From Limnothrix sp. BL-A-16 (GTDB taxonomy: Bacteria; Cyanobacteriota; Cyanobacteriia; CACIAM-69d): a stretch of 64,000 nt of DNA. The translations under genes were made by a program, and so were the position numbers. The stretch's first letter is position 1. Each line of letters opens with the position of its first letter. A model generated the notes under the pieces. It was given only the letters and a program-made list of their open reading frames with translations. It was not told the DNA's origin and ran no database searches. Below, one piece after another: positions 59,469 to 64,000 of this stretch. Location of the stretch: NCBI GenBank assembly GCA_041937175.2, contig CP166615.1, forward strand, positions 1,312,001 to 1,376,000, read 5' to 3'.

Positions 59469-61235
59469 GTGATTTTGAGTTCGATCATTGCGAAATGGCG
59501 CGATCGGTTGTGCCACACACCGAATGCTGCTGAGTTCTATCAGCAATTAGCGATGGATTTGTGGGCCGCCGGTCAACTGGCCGCAGCCGATCGCGCCTTG
59601 GCCCAAGCACTGAAATTAGCTCCCGATCGCGCCAGTTTTTGGGTGCAGCGATCAGCCCTGGCCCACCAATTGGGAAACATTCAACGAGCTGCAACCGATC
59701 AGTGGCGGGCCCTGGAACTTGACCCGCAATTGGTGAGCAGTCGTGACCATTTGCAATTGGGCAATCAACTGGCCCAGCAGGGAAAATTAGCCCAAGCACG
59801 ACAATGCTATGAGTGGGCGATCGCCCAAGATCACCAATGCTGGGAAGCCTATTTCAACTGCGGTTGGATTGCCCAAAAAAGCCAGGATTTTGCGGCAGAA
59901 GTTCAAGCCTATCAACGGGCGATCGCTCAGGGTTGTCCCGATGCAAGACTGCCCGATCGCTTAGCCCAAGCCTGGGCCCGACTCGGCAAAGCGGCCTATC
60001 TCGATCGAGCCTATAAACCATCAATTCAGGCCTATCAAAATGCCCTGAGCCTGAATTCCCAACAAGCCAGCTACTGGAGTGATTTGGGTTGTGCCTTAAC
60101 CGCAGTGGGGCAATGGTCTGAGGCAGAAACAGCGCACCAAAAAGCAATTGCTCTCGATCCTCAAGCTGCCAATTATTATTACAATCTAGGAAATTTTTAT
60201 TGGAAAAAGGCTGATTATTTGCAAGCAATTTCAGCCTTTCAGGATGCGATTCAATGCAATCTTCACGATGCCAAAAGTCATTGGAATCTAAGTCATATTC
60301 TCTTGGCGCTGGGACGACTCACCGAAGGATTTCGCGAATATGAGTGGCGCTGGACAACGGTGCAACCACCGCCGGAATTATCCCATCCCCAATGGCAAGG
60401 AGAATCACTACATGGCCGCACCATTCTCTTGCAAGCAGAACAAGGGTTAGGAGATTCTTTGCAATTCATTCGCTATGCGGATTTGTTAGCAAGCTGGGGA
60501 GCAAGCGTTTGGTTTAGTGGCCCTGCCGTTTTGCATCGGCTTTTTGCCCAATTGCCCGCCATCGATCGGGTTTTGCCTGTATTGGAACCAGGACAAACTA
60601 TTCCCGGTGTAGACTATCGATCGCCCCTCTTGAGTTTGCCCCACCAATGCAAGACCGATTGGGCAACAATTCCCAACCAAATTCCCTACCTAACCGTTGA
60701 TCCTGCCTGGCCACTGCCGCCACCTTTCAAGGAATTACCCGCAAAACCCAAAAAGATTGGCATCGTTTGGGCGAGTGGCTATCGAATGGAAGATGAACTG
60801 CATGATATCTATCTGGATAAGTCCCTACCTTGCGAACTTTTGCTGAAGGCTTTGCAGGAATTTCCAGTGATGCTTTATAGCTTACAAGTTGGAAAAAATG
60901 CCCAAGACTATCAACCCTTGATGGGTCAATTTCCAAATCTCAATTTAGTGGATTGTAGCCCTTGGATTCAGGACTTTGCGGATACGGCGGCCATTTGTCA
61001 GCAGCTCGATTTGTTGATCTCGGTGGACACTTCGGTGGTGCATTTAGCAGGTGGGTTGGGCAAGCCCACTTGGGTGTTGTTGCCGGCCCGCTGTGATTGG
61101 CGGTGGCTGCTCGATCGCCCCGATTCTCCTTGGTATCCCACCATGCGGCTATTTCGACAAGCGAAGCCGGGCGATTGGTCAGAACCCTTGCAACAGGTGC
61201 GATCGGCCCTGAGCAATTGGCTCACCACATCCTAA
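59469..61235 (+). CDS. TPR + glycosyltransferase (GT9-like) protein
   Basis: N-terminal TPRs; EYEWRW, EQGLGDSLQFIRY, DFADTAA, DLLISVDTSVVHLAG.LG, DWRW....DSPWYPTMRLFRQ. Confidence 0.9.
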   Translation: MILSSIIAKWRDRLCHTPNAAEFYQQLAMDLWAAGQLAAADRALAQALKLAPDRASFWVQRSALAHQLGNIQRAATDQWRALELDPQLVSSRDHLQLGNQLAQQGKLAQARQCYEWAIAQDHQCWEAYFNCGWIAQKSQDFAAEVQAYQRAIAQGCPDARLPDRLAQAWARLGKAAYLDRAYKPSIQAYQNALSLNSQQASYWSDLGCALTAVGQWSEAETAHQKAIALDPQAANYYYNLGNFYWKKADYLQAISAFQDAIQCNLHDAKSHWNLSHILLALGRLTEGFREYEWRWTTVQPPPELSHPQWQGESLHGRTILLQAEQGLGDSLQFIRYADLLASWGASVWFSGPAVLHRLFAQLPAIDRVLPVLEPGQTIPGVDYRSPLLSLPHQCKTDWATIPNQIPYLTVDPAWPLPPPFKELPAKPKKIGIVWASGYRMEDELHDIYLDKSLPCELLLKALQEFPVMLYSLQVGKNAQDYQPLMGQFPNLNLVDCSPWIQDFADTAAICQQLDLLISVDTSVVHLAGGLGKPTWVLLPARCDWRWLLDRPDSPWYPTMRLFRQAKPGDWSEPLQQVRSALSNWLTTS

Positions 61236-61302
61236 TAGCGCGGATGCCTTAATTCACTGGATCAAATTACATGACTATTACCGTCACCTGATCGTTAAGC
61301 AG

Positions 61303-61322
61303 CAAGGGGCTTAAGCCCCTTG
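61303..61322. repeat. Free-standing REP-like palindrome between convergent genes
   Basis: Perfect CAAGGGGCTTAAGCCCCTTG with TCGT...ACGA outer flanks. Confidence 0.9.
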
Positions 61323-61443
61323 TTACCACGACTGACTCCGCAACTTTGACCCAATGCATTAAGCCTGTCACACTACTGGATTCTGATTATGGTGATCGCC
61401 TTGAGTTAAAGATTAAGTCAAAGAGTGGAGACGAAATTACAGG

Positions 61444-63081
61444 TTAGATCGGACAGTGTAAATTGCCGGATTTTTGAGAAAATTTGAAATTTTCCTGATA
61501 GTCCACGGGGCAATCAATCACAGCAGGTACAGAGTCTGCCAAGGCCTGTTTCAAAATCGGCATCAAGTCATCATTGGACTCCACTCGATAGCCTTTTAGT
61601 CCCATACTTTCGGCAAACTTCACGAAATCAGGATTACCGAATTTGACATAGTGTGATCGCCCAAAAGCATCCTGCTGTTTCCACTCAATCAGTCCATAGC
61701 CGCTGTCATTGAAAACCAACGTGACAAAGGGCGTGCCAATGCGCAGGGCTGTTTCTAATTCCTGGCAATTCATCAAAAAGCCACCATCACCAGTCACGGC
61801 CAAAACCTTGCGATCGGGATAAACCAGCTTGGCAGCGACGGCTCCCGGGATCGCAATGCCCATGGCTGCAAACCCATTGGAAATAAGGCAAGTGTTGGGG
61901 CGATCGCAGTGGTAATTCCGCGCAATCCACATCTTGTGGGCCCCCACATCGGAAATCAAAATATCTTCGGGGGCCAGCACTTGCCGAATGTCATAAACAA
62001 TTTTTTGGGGCTTAATCGGAAACGCCCGATCGCCCGCATATTGTTCATAATCTTCGCGAATTTCAGCCCGCAATTGCACCGCAAAGGGTTCCGGCTGATG
62101 GGAGCGATCGGTGCGTCGCAACAGCTCCAACAGTGAATCAGAAATATCGCCAACAACTTCCACTTGGGGGATGTAGCTACTATCAATTTCAGCGGGCATT
62201 GCCCCCACATGGATAATTGGAATTGAGCCGTGAGGATTCCAGCGTTTTGGGGAATATTCCACCAAGTCATAGCCGATCGCAATGATCAAGTCGGCGGCTT
62301 CAAACGCACAGGTAATAAAGTCTCGTTTCTGGAGTCCCGTTGTCCACAAAGCCAAGGGATGGGTGTAGGGAATAATGCCCTTGCCCATAAAGGTGTTGAC
62401 CACCGGAATGTGCAATTGGGTGGCAAACTCGGTAACCGCTTGATCGGCCCGGGCCCGAATGGCTCCATTGCCAGCCAAAATCAGGGGATTTTTCGCTTTG
62501 GCAATCAGGTTTGCGGCTGAATTGAGGGCACTGAAAGAAGCAAAGGTTTTTTCGTTCTGATCCGTGGCCAAGGGGTTGCCTTCTACGGCCATGGCAGCAA
62601 TATTTTCTGGCAAGTCAATATAAACAGCGCCGGGTTTTTCACTTTGGGCCCGTTTGAAGGCTTTGCGAATAATTTCCGGGGTGTTGCTGGGGCGAACGAC
62701 TTGGCTGCTCCACTTGGTAATTGGGGCAAAAATTGACACCAAATCCAGATATTGATGGGATTCAATATGCATTCGATCGGTGCCCACTTGTCCCGCGATC
62801 GCCACGACCGGTGACCCATCCAAATTGGCATCGGCCACACCGGTAATCAGGTTGGTGGCTCCGGGGCCCAAGGTGGATAAACAAACCCCAGCTTTGCCGG
62901 TTAAGCGACCATAAACATCAGCCATGAAAGCAGCTCCCTGTTCATGGCGGGTGGTGATGAATTGAATTGAAGATTGGCTGATGGCTTCTAACAAATGGAG
63001 ATTTTCTTCTCCAGGCAGTCCAAAAATATATTGCACGCCTTCGTTTTCAAGACATTTGACCAATAATTCTGCGGTATTCAT
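61444..63081 (-). CDS. ogdA: ThDP-dependent 2-oxoglutarate decarboxylase (acetolactate synthase-like)
   Basis: MNTAELL..CLENEGV, FGLPGEEN, RHEQGAAFMA, ESHQYLDL, GDGGFLMN..E; immediately downstream of an SSADH gene. Confidence 0.85.
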   Translation of the reverse strand: MNTAELLVKCLENEGVQYIFGLPGEENLHLLEAISQSSIQFITTRHEQGAAFMADVYGRLTGKAGVCLSTLGPGATNLITGVADANLDGSPVVAIAGQVGTDRMHIESHQYLDLVSIFAPITKWSSQVVRPSNTPEIIRKAFKRAQSEKPGAVYIDLPENIAAMAVEGNPLATDQNEKTFASFSALNSAANLIAKAKNPLILAGNGAIRARADQAVTEFATQLHIPVVNTFMGKGIIPYTHPLALWTTGLQKRDFITCAFEAADLIIAIGYDLVEYSPKRWNPHGSIPIIHVGAMPAEIDSSYIPQVEVVGDISDSLLELLRRTDRSHQPEPFAVQLRAEIREDYEQYAGDRAFPIKPQKIVYDIRQVLAPEDILISDVGAHKMWIARNYHCDRPNTCLISNGFAAMGIAIPGAVAAKLVYPDRKVLAVTGDGGFLMNCQELETALRIGTPFVTLVFNDSGYGLIEWKQQDAFGRSHYVKFGNPDFVKFAESMGLKGYRVESNDDLMPILKQALADSVPAVIDCPVDYQENFKFSQKSGNLHCPI

Positions 63082-63163
63082 AGATCAAGTTCCGGGAGCG
63101 TCAATGGTGGTTGGTTAAACAGATAAATTCCTGAAGGATGAAAGTATCTGTGGGTAATAGCAA

Positions 63164-63318
63164 GGTACAGATAGTCGTAGGAGCAAGGGGCTGAAGTCCC
63201 TTGTTTCCGTCGATGTTCAAATACCTAATGAACCCAAACGGTACAGGTAGTCGTAGGAGCAAGGGGCTTCAGCCCCTTGTCTTCTTCGATGTTCAAATGC
63301 CTAGTGAACCCAAACGGT
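63164..63318. repeat. 76-bp tandem duplication containing the REP-like palindrome and the SSADH gene 3' end
   Basis: Units 63164-63239 and 63240-63315; palindromes at 63184-63203 and 63260-63279. Confidence 0.92.
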
Positions 63319-64000
63319 TTTGGCGTTCATAAATTCCAACATGCCCTGACGAGCCAGTTCGCGACCATAGCCGGAACGTTTGATGCCGCCAAAGGGCAAT
63401 CGCGGATCCGATTTCACCAGGCTATTCACAAACACAGCACCCGCTTGTAGTTGTTGAATTCCTTGCTCAATTTCTGAAGAATCCGTAGTCCAAATGCTGG
63501 CCCCCAAGCCGAAGGGCGTGTTGTTGGCTAGGGCGATCGCCTGGTCGAGGGTTTCGGTGTGAAATAGGAGGGCAACGGGGCCAAAGAATTCCTCTTGGGC
63601 GATCGGGGCGTTGGGGGGCAAGTCCGCCAGCAGGGTTGGGGGATAGAAGTGCCCACCTTGCAGGGAGGGCGGCAGGCGATCGAGCAAGGCGGCCCGATCG
63701 CCCCCAACCACCACCCGGGCCCCGGCAGCGATCGCCCGGTTCACCTGGTCTGCCAACTCCTCCAGAATTTGGGCCGTGGCCAGGGGCCCCAACTGGGTTG
63801 CGCGATCGCCCGGATCGCCAACCACCAACTGAGCAAAGGCTTGGGCAACGGCCGCTTCAAAGGCCGGCCCGATCGATCCCACGGTGATGAATCGCTTGGC
63901 GGCGATGCAGGTTTGGCCGTTGTTCAGCATTCGAGACGCGACGGCCGTGGCCACCGCTTGCTCAAAATCGGCACTGGGGCAAACGATCAGCGGATCGCTG
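63301..64000 (-). CDS. ssaD: NAD(P)-dependent succinate-semialdehyde dehydrogenase (5' end outside the window)
   Basis: SDP.IV at the window edge, NNGQTCIAAKRF (catalytic Cys), EEFFGPV, PFGGIKRSGYGREL. Confidence 0.88.
   Translation of the reverse strand, partial: SDPLIVCPSADFEQAVATAVASRMLNNGQTCIAAKRFITVGSIGPAFEAAVAQAFAQLVVGDPGDRATQLGPLATAQILEELADQVNRAIAAGARVVVGGDRAALLDRLPPSLQGGHFYPPTLLADLPPNAPIAQEEFFGPVALLFHTETLDQAIALANNTPFGLGASIWTTDSSEIEQGIQQLQAGAVFVNSLVKSDPRLPFGGIKRSGYGRELARQGMLEFMNAKTVWVH

Noticed and set aside
61444..63081. ilvB acetolactate synthase
   Set aside because: The sequence type and linkage to SSADH favour 2-oxoglutarate decarboxylase.
63164..63318. CRISPR array (repeated palindromes)
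   Set aside because: Only two units, the intervening sequence is also duplicated rather than unique, and no cas genes are present. Other palindrome copies are dispersed.

Overview
A 64-kb piece of a cyanobacterial chromosome. The HIP1 octamer GCGATCGC is very dense, and ndhB, ndhP, psbX, psb28, sbtAB, plmA, cyAbrB2, patD and ycf66 are present. It may come from a Limnothrix-like filamentous strain, but that is inference only. Most genes are core: rel, selO, smc, hemC, murA, nrdJ, two tRNA-Leu genes, and the ogdA/ssaD 2-oxoglutarate shunt. The most striking structure is intergenic: a nested repeat system. A REP-like palindrome (CAAGGGGCTTAAGCCCCTTG) is carried inside IS5/IS1031-like MITEs. A second, IS427-like MITE inserts at the palindrome's central TA and carries either another copy of the palindrome or a GTAG-type REP doublet. 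The hairpin core is found flipped between otherwise collinear copies, and tandem duplications abut two of the REP sites. Other highlights are (1) a class II ribonucleotide reductase split by two LAGLIDADG inteins only 10 residues apart, each directly before a catalytic Cys, the second ending in Gly-Gln; (2) a 46-bp palindrome centred on an NrdR box upstream of that gene; (3) tandem Uma2 genes that are nearly identical except for a swapped 23-codon block and the C-terminus; (4) a murA that appears to need an AUA start; and (5) a small AT-rich DUF4238 plus PIN toxin-antitoxin islet beside smc. No CRISPR array, transposase, integrase or rRNA gene was seen. All family calls come from motif recognition by eye, not from database searches.
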